Source: Escherichia phage EcoM1. Taken from it: a stretch of 52,452 bases of DNA. The notes beneath the pieces were generated by a model. It had not been told where the DNA came from. It saw nothing but the letters and a program-made list of their open reading frames with translations, and searched no databases. Position numbers and translations under genes: made by a program. Location: the sequence record PQ818760.1; one strand, written 5' to 3'. Positions 29,597 through 38,344 of this stretch are shown here, piece by piece (positions within the stretch are counted from its first letter, which is position 1; every line of letters starts with the position of its first letter).

Positions 29597-31363
29597 TTAT
29601 TGATGTGGACCGTTCTTCTTAGTAAGTTGAACAATCTCTTTGGTTTCGAACAGCGAGTCGTCCCAAGAACGTTGAATAATTCGACCAGATTCGGTGTCAT
29701 AATACGTCTTGAAGCCTTCTGTTTTACCACTCTTACGAGCCTTAATGGAACGAATGATAGAACAGTTTGGGTCAACTGCCTGGCTATTACGCTCAAAGCC
29801 AAACATACCATGAGAATATTTAGCAGCAGCACGAGAGCCAGTAAAGTCTGACTTCTTAATACGTCCACCATCCTCATGAGGTCGTTGACCTTTTGCCACA
29901 GGGTTAAGGTGCGACAAGATATTTACATGGAACTGGTATTGGTCTGCCAGCTTAGTAATATCTGCATACAGCTTACCTAAGAAGTCGTTCTTCTCTGAGG
30001 CAGAAATCCCTTCCGATAAGTAGGTTAAGTTATCAAGGACAAACATATCAATGTCTGGTCCAATCTGACGAAGAATCGTCTTTAACCCATCCCAGGTTTC
30101 ATAAGGGTCTTCTCCAGCTTGCTTGCGGTCCCAAATCTCCATGTTACGAAGCATCTTCGCAGCAGTTTGACGGAACTTAGCTTCATCATATCGAGGGTCT
30201 TCACGAGTAAACGCAGGTTCCCAATACGGCAAGTTGTCATTAAGGCCAGCCATTCGGCGCAGTGTTTCTGTAGGAGTTTCCTCCATGTATGCAGTAAACA
30301 CTCCCCAATCGTGCTTGGTAATGTTGTGATGCACAATCTGACGGGACAAGGTAGTTTTACCACCACCTTCTGCACCACCTATTGTAATAACTTCGGCTCG
30401 ACGTTGACCAAACATTAAGTCGGTTAACTTGGGCCAAGGATAGTCCACACCCTGTTCAACCTCATCATCAAGCTCTTCCATAAGAAGTTCTTTGTTGACA
30501 AGTGCTGTAGGCAGAGGACGAGCAGCACGGAACACAACAGCAGATTGAGTAGCTTTCAGCAAGCCACGCTTCAAACAATCGTTAGCATCGTTAGCTGGAA
30601 GTGTTGCAATCATTGCACCAGGCAACAATCGGCACGCTTCTTTTGCAGCTTTACGTCCAGGCTCATCATCATCAAATACGATAACAACCTGCTCCCAACG
30701 TTGCTTAATTTCTTCTGCAACTGGTGACAAACATTTGTGTACGGAATCACTTCCGTCACTCAAACTAATTACAGCAAAATCCAAATCCTCATATGCACCA
30801 CCACGGTTCATAGTTTTGAGGATTTGACGCAATGCGATGCAGTCTTCTTCACCTTCTGTGATGAACAGTGTCTTACCGCCAATTGCTTTTGCAGCCATCC
30901 AGTTGTAAGGGTCGTTACCCTGGGTGTCGCCAACTGACCACATAACTTTCTTGTTCAGAAGTTTAATCTTCCAACGAACAAGTTTACCATTTTTGGTGTA
31001 GCCATGCGCCAGAGCATTTGGAGTCTTCCCATCATACTCTGAATACAGAAGTCGAACACCAGCAGCTTTCCAGAATTCTGGCTCGATGCTGCGATGGGTT
31101 AAATCAAACGGGGGACAAGCAGTGATTTCATCAACTTCTTCCTGAATTTCTTCTGGAGTTTTGACTTTAATCTCTGGAATGTTCTCCGGATTATTACCAT
31201 AAGGATTTGGTACTAGAACGCCACATGCAAAGCAGTAACCAGAGAAGTTCTTATTACCAGCTTCATCGACATTCAACCAAACCTGTAAAGACTTGCCAGA
31301 TGTGGATTTACAGTCTGGTACATCGTGTTTAATCTTGGCAACACATTGCTTAACGTTCATCAT
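29597..31363 (-). CDS. primase-helicase (T7 gp4-like)
   Basis: N-terminal Cys4 zinc ribbon (C..C...C..C), TOPRIM-like FITEGEEDCIA, DnaB-type Walker A GGAEGGGKTT. Confidence 0.85.
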   Translation of the reverse strand: MMNVKQCVAKIKHDVPDCKSTSGKSLQVWLNVDEAGNKNFSGYCFACGVLVPNPYGNNPENIPEIKVKTPEEIQEEVDEITACPPFDLTHRSIEPEFWKAAGVRLLYSEYDGKTPNALAHGYTKNGKLVRWKIKLLNKKVMWSVGDTQGNDPYNWMAAKAIGGKTLFITEGEEDCIALRQILKTMNRGGAYEDLDFAVISLSDGSDSVHKCLSPVAEEIKQRWEQVVIVFDDDEPGRKAAKEACRLLPGAMIATLPANDANDCLKRGLLKATQSAVVFRAARPLPTALVNKELLMEELDDEVEQGVDYPWPKLTDLMFGQRRAEVITIGGAEGGGKTTLSRQIVHHNITKHDWGVFTAYMEETPTETLRRMAGLNDNLPYWEPAFTREDPRYDEAKFRQTAAKMLRNMEIWDRKQAGEDPYETWDGLKTILRQIGPDIDMFVLDNLTYLSEGISASEKNDFLGKLYADITKLADQYQFHVNILSHLNPVAKGQRPHEDGGRIKKSDFTGSRAAAKYSHGMFGFERNSQAVDPNCSIIRSIKARKSGKTEGFKTYYDTESGRIIQRSWDDSLFETKEIVQLTKKNGPHQ

Positions 31364-32014
31364 CTATTCCTGTTTAATGAGTGCCTCCCAGCAAACAGGA
31401 AACAACTCTGACATAATTTTATTAACTTCTTCTGCAAACAAACGTGCCTCATATTGGGCGTGCTCTGTAGAGCGTTGCTTGTACATATTAGCCCAGCCCA
31501 GCAAAGAGCCAGTCCAAATCCATGTAGTCATCATGGATTGTGGCAACACCATTCGGGCTTGCTCTGGAGCAATCCCCAAACCAATTAACGTTTCATACTC
31601 TGCAATGCAAGCCTTGTTGTGGATTTCCATGCGATAGTGAATATCGTCAGCAAAATCCTGTGGCAATGGTTGTGCGGTCTGAGTCATCAACTTTTCAGGA
31701 CGACCAAACACCACATCAGGTACAAAGCATTCAATTTCGATTGCTTCTCCATCTTTGTAACGACGGCTAACTTCGTTCCAACGAAATCCCACCTGGTGCT
31801 TACCCAGTTGGCGTGCAACAAAGATTGGTGCAGTGCAGCGTAATGTTACATACGCATGGGCAAAAGGTGTATTGTGCTTATGCTTTGCGAGAAATTCAAT
31901 CAGCTTCTCGTCGCGCAATGTCATCTCGTGGGACTCTGCACCATAAGAAGCTCGTGCAGCATTAACAGTTGTGAGGTCGCTGCCCATGTGGTCAACGAGT
32001 GTTGCAGTAATCAT
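31364..32014 (-). CDS. thyX: flavin-dependent thymidylate synthase homolog (ThyX family)
   Basis: Aligns by eye to ThyX across the signature region and the C-terminal ARMVLPQS...STEHAQYEARLFAEEV block, but the RHR triad reads KHQ. Confidence 0.65.
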   Translation of the reverse strand: MITATLVDHMGSDLTTVNAARASYGAESHEMTLRDEKLIEFLAKHKHNTPFAHAYVTLRCTAPIFVARQLGKHQVGFRWNEVSRRYKDGEAIEIECFVPDVVFGRPEKLMTQTAQPLPQDFADDIHYRMEIHNKACIAEYETLIGLGIAPEQARMVLPQSMMTTWIWTGSLLGWANMYKQRSTEHAQYEARLFAEEVNKIMSELFPVCWEALIKQE

Positions 32015-32069
32015 TTGCTCTCCGGTTCATATGGTGGGAGATAATTAGCTCCGCACCATGATAATGGTA

Positions 32070-32300
32070 TTATTTTAATGACGCCTGTATTTCTTTCAGC
32101 GACGCATTTAGTACAGAACGCTTTTCATATTCGCGTTGATTGTACGTGTTTGTCAGTGCTTCCGCAGCTTCTATTGACAAGATTGCAAAACCACCAAAGG
32201 CATTGCGAACTTCTTCAATATCCAGGTGCAGGACTTCACTTGTGATTTGACTGGCTATTACGGCCTTATAAATCTCTTCGGCAATTTCAGCAGTTTTCAT
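32070..32300 (-). CDS. hypothetical protein
   Basis: 76 aa minus-strand ORF upstream of the ThyX-like gene. Confidence 0.35.
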   Translation of the reverse strand: MKTAEIAEEIYKAVIASQITSEVLHLDIEEVRNAFGGFAILSIEAAEALTNTYNQREYEKRSVLNASLKEIQASLK

Positions 32301-33244
32301 GTTTCTCTCCGGTTAAAATTTAAGTAAGTGTCCTGACGTGGACTATTACGAACATTACAATACATTGGCTTAAATGGTGTTTCCACTGCGGCCAAGACAC
32401 TTATTAAATTTGATTCGAACCGCCCAAGTGAATCAGCCTTGTTTATGGGGACCATCGGGGAAAAGTATAAACCCGCCTAATGCTCGCATCATGTTTGAAC
32501 ATTAAGAACCCTCGACTTGCATATTTCATGTGTATAGGAACATAGTCTGGATTTTGAATCCAGCTAACTTCGGGATGAGGAGTAACCCAAACGAAAGCCT
32601 GAACTTTCTTTCTGCACAACACAATCAGCGCAACTAAGCCGTATCGCTACGGTATGCCAGACGCTCGCATGAGCCTTTTGAACAGAGGCATAACTGTTTG
32701 TTAAAAGTTGGGAGGGTGGAATGCGACCACCTACGATACAATATCGTCCACAGCACTTTCTCCCGGGTATTTGGTGGATTCGGTGAACGATAAGTTCACA
32801 ATTACACAGTCGGCCTCGGATGCTTCATCCCTATCCCATCGTGCAGGTTTAATTAACTCTACGAATCCATTGAATTTGGTGACCGATACGTTGGTCAGAC
32901 GCTGTGGCCTTTACGCGGCCAACGTGCCATTAATGCTGGCAAGACAGAGCTAACGTTCTCAAGCACTTTGGCGAGGATGTTCTCGGACACTGTTTTAGGA
33001 AGTGACCACCTGAACTTTCTCGCGTTCAATACGAGGCAGCAATTTTAATTGTTATGCCCAGAGCAACTTGCAGGTTTGTTTGAGTTGGAGTCCTGCTTCC
33101 AAACGCATGGGCTTACACCATCACCGCAATAAGTTGCTAGAGTCTCGTTATTTAAAGTCGCGCACTCCCTCGACTATAATGTACGTGTATTTAAAGTCCC
33201 GTACCGGACTGCCAAATGAAATGCTATGGCGAGCATTTGTTCAC

Positions 33245-33454
33245 TCACTGTCGGGTAAGTTTCGAACACTTTTGTGCCCACGTTTCATTGTGGACTAAAA
33301 TCTGTGTTTTGGTTTCGCGTGACAGTATTTTCACTTCTGCAACATCCAAATATATTGGTTGTGCAATTAAGCAATAATCACTTACGAACCCACTTTGAGA
33401 GCAACTCACTATCGACATTGCTATCAGAACTGCTAGACACTTCTTTCTGAACAT
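33245..33454 (-). CDS. o-spanin (Rz1-like outer-membrane lipoprotein)
   Basis: 69 aa with lipoprotein signal ending SIVSC (lipobox-like), two further Cys; starts inside the i-spanin gene in another frame and extends beyond it. Confidence 0.5.
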   Translation of the reverse strand: MFRKKCLAVLIAMSIVSCSQSGFVSDYCLIAQPIYLDVAEVKILSRETKTQILVHNETWAQKCSKLTRQ

Positions 33455-33614
33455 GCGATTTAATCTCGATAGATTCTTTTAATGAATCTAGTTGCTTCTC
33501 TTTGGCTTCCTGACGCTCCTCGGCTTTGCCTGAGCTTTTGCCTTTGAGGAACACTGCAATAAGAATACCAAATGCAGTCAGGACGCCAAGAACTATTGAT
33601 TTAAGCTGTTGCAT
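33378..33614 (-). CDS. i-spanin (Rz-like)
   Basis: 78 aa: N-terminal transmembrane helix (IVLGVLTAFGILIAVFL) followed by a charged coiled-coil-like region; overlapped by the o-spanin frame. Confidence 0.55.
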   Translation of the reverse strand: MQQLKSIVLGVLTAFGILIAVFLKGKSSGKAEERQEAKEKQLDSLKESIEIKSHVQKEVSSSSDSNVDSELLSKWVRK

Positions 33615-33622
33615 AAATCACC

Positions 33623-33763
33623 TTAGATGGCACACGCACCGCTTGAGCAGTCATTATCGCCAGCACCAGGAACGATTGCTTCTTCGTCCTGCTTCTTCTT
33701 GAGTTCTTCAATTGCTTCTTCGGCAGCACCGAAGTCCAAATTGTCTAGTGCATCAATGTCCAT
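33623..33763 (-). CDS. small acidic protein (46 aa)
   Basis: ATG at 33761-33763 to TAA at 33623-33625, found by hand (below the track threshold); sits between the tRNA-like gene and the spanins. Confidence 0.2.
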   Translation of the reverse strand: MDIDALDNLDFGAAEEAIEELKKKQDEEAIVPGAGDNDCSSGACAI

Positions 33764-33789
33764 GAGGACTCCATGTTATTGTTGAAGTG

Positions 33790-33884
33790 GGTGGACGAGG
33801 TTGGATTCGAACCAACGACACATCTGTCGAACAGATTGCTCTACCTGACTAAGCTCTGGAGCAGACCTTCTGAGCTACTCGTCC
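33790..33884 (-). tRNA. tRNA-like gene, possibly tRNA-Leu(CAG), non-canonical D-arm
   Basis: Perfect 7-bp acceptor stem (GGACGAG/CTCGTCC), canonical T-arm GTTGG-TTCGAAT-CCAAC, discriminator A then CC; candidate anticodon loop GT-CAG-GT with a long variable hairpin. I could not fold a standard D-stem by hand. Confidence 0.45.
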
Positions 33885-34782
33885 GAATAAGGTGGGGTTT
33901 TGGTAACGCAGGTTTTCCCGAACTGCGAGGCTTGTAGAATCCGTGAGTCGCCTACTGTGTTTTGACATAACGTGGGATTGATGGTCCCGACTCACTTCAT
34001 CTCAGGTACGAGGCACTACTTTGCGAGTGCAAGCAGGTGTTGAACCCAAGTACCAACAGGCAACCTGATTTAATCTACCTTTGTAGATACCATCGGTTAT
34101 GAGCAGTTTATTTCCATGCTCAGGGCAACTCACTTTAGGGTGAATTAGGTTACGCAGTGCAGCTTCGAAGTCGCTGCCACAGGCTTGAGATTCCTGTGTG
34201 GAGGGAAATCCAGAGGAGCACTTCCCCAAGGAGTTACGTTTCAAATTGGCATAGCTTCTCACACTAAACCAATTGAAGACATTCCAGTGTGCTCGTCCGT
34301 CCTCTAGAAATATCCAACTGCATAATTAAGTTTGTACTCTGTCACATCCCCACGCGCACTGGAGGACTTAAGCCTGCTTTGCATCGCAGAATACAAATTA
34401 ATTATTGCTCCGATTTATTAATCACATCTCGAAGCCACAATGCGCCAAATTTGGTTACGTGGGATTGGAAGACCACGGAGAGGACTTAAATTTAATTAAG
34501 CCGCAACTCGCATTTCAGAATCATTTGCATTTATTTTAAATGAATAAAACAGTCGCAATAACTTCGGGCAGTTTAGGCCCGTCGTAAGACTCAGAAAACT
34601 ACTTCAATGAACACTCTTGTCTGGGCCACGAGATTGGGCATCGGCCTACCTCCCAACTCTAATCACAAGAATGCTCATTGAAGCCCACTCTTCCTTTCAG
34701 AATGGGTTCAAGGCAGCACCGGAAAACTTCCAGTGCATGCCAGATCGATTTAGCTTAGTCTCTCAAGTTTGCCATCGGCAAC

Positions 34783-35121
34783 TTAGAATACCGGAGCTTC
34801 TTCAACCGCAGCTTCGGCAGCTTCGGCAACACTTGCGTCAGCAACTTTAGCTTCTTTCGGAGTATCGAACTTAGTACGCTCAACTTCCGGCTCACCAGCT
34901 TCAACCCACGGCAGATAGAATGCCAGGAACTGCTCGATGGTGTTCTTCTGCATGGAGCGAGAACGGTCGATAGCACCAACGGTGTTCAGGTACGCTTCGG
35001 CAGCTTTCTCAATTTTAGCACCGTTTTCCAGTTTGAAGTCATGTGCATTACACTCTGCTTCGGTCAGGAACAGGGAACCATCGTTAGCTTCGTACTGAGT
35101 TACGGTTACAATCTTAGCCAT
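34783..35121 (-). CDS. acidic early protein
   Basis: 112 aa with strongly acidic Ala/Glu-rich C-terminus; ATG 80 nt downstream of a copy of the promoter-like element. Confidence 0.4.
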   Translation of the reverse strand: MAKIVTVTQYEANDGSLFLTEAECNAHDFKLENGAKIEKAAEAYLNTVGAIDRSRSMQKNTIEQFLAFYLPWVEAGEPEVERTKFDTPKEAKVADASVAEAAEAAVEEAPVF

Positions 35122-35200
35122 TTGTATATACCTTATATTGAATAGTTTTGCACGCCACGGTGACGTGACTTAGATAAAAATTAAAGAGCCTTTCTCTTTC

Positions 35201-35221
35201 CACATCCAACTAATGTTTCAG
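35201..35221 (-). promoter_or_regulatory. phage promoter-like element
   Basis: + strand cacatccaactaatgtttcag; gene-strand reading ctgaaACATTAGTTGGATGTG; 80 nt upstream of the ATG at 35121. Confidence 0.4.
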
Positions 35222-35245
35222 AACTGCTCTGATTCGTCAAACGAC

Positions 35246-35920
35246 TCAATATCTATTGAATCGTTCTAGTGTTTTATTTACTAAATCCTTTGTCTCAGCG
35301 ACAGTGAGTTCAGTGATGATTGATTCGTCATAACCCTCAATCTGGATTGCTACAAAACGCCCAACTCCAGTTACAGTGAGTCGGTTTGTTCTGTCACGAA
35401 CAACTACACCAGCTTCTTGCGCGACTGCTCGCAACAATTTCCAGCGTAAAGTTCGATTTGGCACAGCAAAGCCTTTTGCCAAGAACAACTCTTTCATGAG
35501 TTCTCCAAGACAAACAGCTTCAATGTTTTGTCCTCTTCCAACTAATTCTTGCAACAGGCACAGTGTCAACATTTCTAAATTGTTGAAGTGTCCAGCGCGC
35601 TCCAAATTAAAGAACTCTGGAGGAACAGTTGAACGAGATTTAACAGCTTGCTTGTATGCACGTTCTTCTTCCTGTGCAGCAAGCATTAGCATCTCTGGCT
35701 TGATGTACTTCATAGCAGAGAAGCCAGCGCGTGTGGCTTTAATTATGCGACAAGCCTCTTTCATCTTGTAGCGTTGCCACTCACCGCGCTTCGATTCTGG
35801 ATTAAAATGGACCCACATAATGATAACATCTTCCTTGGCAAGATAGACGGCATCATTATCATTGAGCCATTGCTTACACGTTGATAGTGCAATCTCTTTG
35901 TCATCATCATGATAAGACAT
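35246..35920 (-). CDS. hypothetical early protein
   Basis: Start taken at ATG (MSYHDDD...) just past the upstream stop; track ORF extends to 35977. Confidence 0.35.
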   Translation of the reverse strand: MSYHDDDKEIALSTCKQWLNDNDAVYLAKEDVIIMWVHFNPESKRGEWQRYKMKEACRIIKATRAGFSAMKYIKPEMLMLAAQEEERAYKQAVKSRSTVPPEFFNLERAGHFNNLEMLTLCLLQELVGRGQNIEAVCLGELMKELFLAKGFAVPNRTLRWKLLRAVAQEAGVVVRDRTNRLTVTGVGRFVAIQIEGYDESIITELTVAETKDLVNKTLERFNRY

Positions 35921-35921
35921 T

Positions 35922-36212
35922 TTAGTGGCCTTGTAGGATACGTTTGTTCGCAGTTTCTGCGTCGATTCCCAAATCAACTAATGTCACCAAGCACTGCGAA
36001 ATCCGCTCTTGCGCAGCTTTCTCCAGAATTTGGTATTTTTCGTTGTCAACGCCTAACACATTCTTGGCATGAATGAGTGTAGCCATCAGACCGTGACCCA
36101 AAGCAACAGCTTGCATTGCCTGGAGTTCAAAGTTAATTGTGATGCCAGCGAGTTCGTGCTCTTTCTGGATAATCTCAATCAACTCTTCTTTAGATTTGTC
36201 TTGTAAGTTCAA
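35922..36212 (-). CDS. hypothetical early protein
   Basis: Start taken as TTG overlapping the upstream stop with GGAG 8 nt upstream; track ORF extends to 36299. Confidence 0.3.
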   Translation of the reverse strand: MNLQDKSKEELIEIIQKEHELAGITINFELQAMQAVALGHGLMATLIHAKNVLGVDNEKYQILEKAAQERISQCLVTLVDLGIDAETANKRILQGH

Positions 36213-36499
36213 AATGGAACTCCGTACATTGGCTGGTTTGTTGTCCAGCTGTAAATGAAGGATTTGGACAGAAGATGCTCGACTGGCTTGCCGAAACAAT
36301 ATTCCATGAATGATGGGGCATAGGTCGCATTGTTTAACAACTCTTTAATCGAATACATATTCATAAAGAAGTTAAACTTTGATTCGCTTCCTTCCCAACC
36401 AAATAAGTAAAACTTTCCACCCAAGAAAGCAAATGCTTCCATCTCTCCTGTGTGTACATTACGGGCCTTAATGACCCGGATAGAATGCTTGCGAATCAT
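36209..36499 (-). CDS. hypothetical early protein
   Basis: 96 aa, ATGA-coupled to the upstream gene. Confidence 0.4.
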   Translation of the reverse strand: MIRKHSIRVIKARNVHTGEMEAFAFLGGKFYLFGWEGSESKFNFFMNMYSIKELLNNATYAPSFMEYCFGKPVEHLLSKSFIYSWTTNQPMYGVPF

Positions 36500-36699
36500 T
36501 TTTGCAGCTCCTTAATTTTGGCAATCAAGTCGCGCATAATTTTGGGACCAATAGCTAAGTCACCAGTCATATCAGCAAGGTCACTTCCTATTGCTTTCGC
36601 ATTCATATCCCAGCCCTCAATAAGTTCCAACAACTCATCAATTGTGAAACCTTTGAACTGGAAGTTTTCGGTATTAATTACACCATATTTTTGAACCAT
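36496..36699 (-). CDS. hypothetical early protein
   Basis: 67 aa; first gene after the 36.7-37.56 kb non-coding island. Confidence 0.4.
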   Translation of the reverse strand: MVQKYGVINTENFQFKGFTIDELLELIEGWDMNAKAIGSDLADMTGDLAIGPKIMRDLIAKIKELQK

Positions 36700-37422
36700 A
36701 GGAACTCTCCAATTTTCGATTCAATGTTTGTGACTTCTCTTCTCATCTTTTGGCCCAGGAACAGGCCACAGGGTAGCGCAGGAAGGCCGAAAATCGGGCC
36801 ACTGCCTACCGTTTGTGTCAATTCTGGATAACTGCATTGGTGAAGGGTTACTCCCGTTAGGGTGCGATACGCTAATCACATGAGTGTCGTCGCCTTGCGG
36901 CTCAGGCGTGTCACAGAGGCTTTGCAACCCTTCCCAATACATTCACCCAATCCACCTGCTTTGGCATAGCTGGTGGCGCGGTTTTGTGCGGATTATGCCA
37001 CTCTAAGCCCTGTTTGTCCGACTTCCTCAGAGCACCAGCGGCTTGTGGCACAAACCTATTTTCGAATGACTAACATAAGCATGAGGCATAACCCTCTAAT
37101 TATTCAGCCCTAACAGCTTGCTTATTTAGTTCCAATTCATCCCAATACATCGCCTATAACAAGTGAATAGCTTTTCTGCGAAGAAGTATTCCGGCCCTTT
37201 GGCCTATGTTAAAAGATAAATGTATATGATGGAAACATTCCATCGAAAATAACTTTGTAGAATGAGTCGAACATTCTCGCACGATGCGGCCGCAACGGTC
37301 TACCGAGTTACAAAGTTATTATCTGATGTTGTTTCTTCAATTCCAACTAATGTTTCAGAATTATTCCAATATTCCAAACAAAAAGAATAATAAGAATAAA
37401 TTAAAATAAATGAAGAAAGTGC

Positions 37423-37452
37423 TTGACACTCATTTGGCGATAAGTGTATAAT
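37423..37452 (+). promoter_or_regulatory. consensus sigma70-type promoter, plus strand (antisense to genes)
   Basis: TTGACA (37423-37428), 18-bp spacer, TATAAT (37447-37452); preceded by a 45-nt A/T-rich tract (37376-37420) resembling an UP element. Coordinates anchored on the ORF ending at 37488. Confidence 0.5.
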
Positions 37453-37458
37453 GCCTTT
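37441..37458 (-). promoter_or_regulatory. phage promoter-like element
   Basis: + strand ttccaactaatgtttcag; lies inside the non-coding island, overlapping the -10 of the plus-strand sigma70 promoter. Confidence 0.35.
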
Positions 37459-37482
37459 CTTCCCTAAGTGGTCAGAATCAAA

Positions 37483-37499
37483 TCCCACTAATGTTTCAG
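37483..37499 (-). promoter_or_regulatory. phage promoter-like element (variant)
   Basis: + strand tcccactaatgtttcag, 30 nt right of the sigma70 -10 box. Confidence 0.35.
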
Positions 37500-37563
37500 A
37501 CTAAAGCCGAAGGCCAATGCGAGCACAAAACCCGCTTGGCACTTCGAAGAAACCCGCTTGGAA

Positions 37564-37863
37564 CTATAGTGTTTTCCAATCTGAGTCAAATAGCTCTTTC
37601 GGTCGTGTGTAGATAGTAGAAGAATCAATACTCAAGAAAGTATGGTCCCCGTACTTCTTCACTTCTTGGTAAGCAAACCCATCCACCCAACTTCCGCAGT
37701 GAGTTTTAATCTTTGTAGGCCCAAGAATACGATAGAAAGTGTTTCGAGGCTGGTGGTGAACAATCAATCCAGCCTCAAGTTCAGAAATATTTAAATCACG
37801 CATTTGAGAATAGTATCCCTTCGGAGAAAGTGTAATCACTTCCGTAATCTCTTGCAACTGCAT
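37564..37863 (-). CDS. hypothetical early protein
   Basis: 99 aa; 5' end overlaps the ArdA-like gene, true start may be the internal ATG near 37803. Confidence 0.35.
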   Translation of the reverse strand: MQLQEITEVITLSPKGYYSQMRDLNISELEAGLIVHHQPRNTFYRILGPTKIKTHCGSWVDGFAYQEVKKYGDHTFLSIDSSTIYTRPKELFDSDWKTL

Positions 37864-38344
37864 CCCAATCGATATATGGACGAAGATGGTCTGGAACTTC
37901 TATGCCATCATATTGCTGGAAATAATCCGCAATTGAATTACATCGGCAAATAACCTTGTCATTCAAGTCGTCTACAGTGAAAATATCAATATCACCACTG
38001 CGGAATGCCGCAAGAATTACATCCAAATCAGTATCAACAAGCAGTTCGTTGAATTTGTCGTATCTGCGAATGCTGAACAGGCCGTTGGCAAAGCAAACTT
38101 CGGTAACATCTTCTTCATTTGACTCAATTACGTCATATGTACCGGATTCTGGATACTCAATGCCGTATTCTTCATGCAAATATTCCCGCATGTCGAAATC
38201 ATAGTGACGCCAAGATAGGCCATCAATCCACGCATCTACAAATTCAGAATTAGTCTCGCCTGTGTAGAAACGAACCAGTAGGGTTTCATCTCTACGCCAG
38301 GACTTTAGCTGTTCTACTGCTTGAGTAATGTTATCGTTTTGCAT
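37796..38344 (-). CDS. ardA: ArdA-like anti-restriction protein
   Basis: Acidic protein whose C-terminus (HLRPYIDWDAVARDYGSDYTFSEGILFSN) matches the conserved ArdA C-terminal motif as I recall it (YIDYQAYGRDLDLSGTF...). Start taken at the ATG just past the upstream stop. Confidence 0.65.
   Translation of the reverse strand: MQNDNITQAVEQLKSWRRDETLLVRFYTGETNSEFVDAWIDGLSWRHYDFDMREYLHEEYGIEYPESGTYDVIESNEEDVTEVCFANGLFSIRRYDKFNELLVDTDLDVILAAFRSGDIDIFTVDDLNDKVICRCNSIADYFQQYDGIEVPDHLRPYIDWDAVARDYGSDYTFSEGILFSNA

Noticed and set aside
32405-32435. A second tRNA-like T-loop (gattcgaacc on the plus strand).
   Set aside because: The flanking sequence cannot form a T-stem or an acceptor stem.
34002-34262. 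Minus-strand ORF of 86 aa in the island upstream of the tRNA-like gene.
   Set aside because: No ribosome-binding site, odd Cys/Gly-rich composition, isolated from the coupled gene arrays.
34860-34900. A possible host promoter for the tRNA-like gene (TTGCGA-18 bp-ATAAAT on the minus strand); coordinates approximate.
   Set aside because: Only 4/6 and 5/6 hexamer matches in an AT-rich context, and about 1 kb from the tRNA.
36721-37488. Minus-strand track ORFs 36721-36942 (73 aa) and 37300-37488 (62 aa, GTG start) inside the non-coding island.
   Set aside because: Pro/Trp/Ser-rich low-complexity translations without a ribosome-binding site; the second spans the sigma70 promoter and a promoter-like element.
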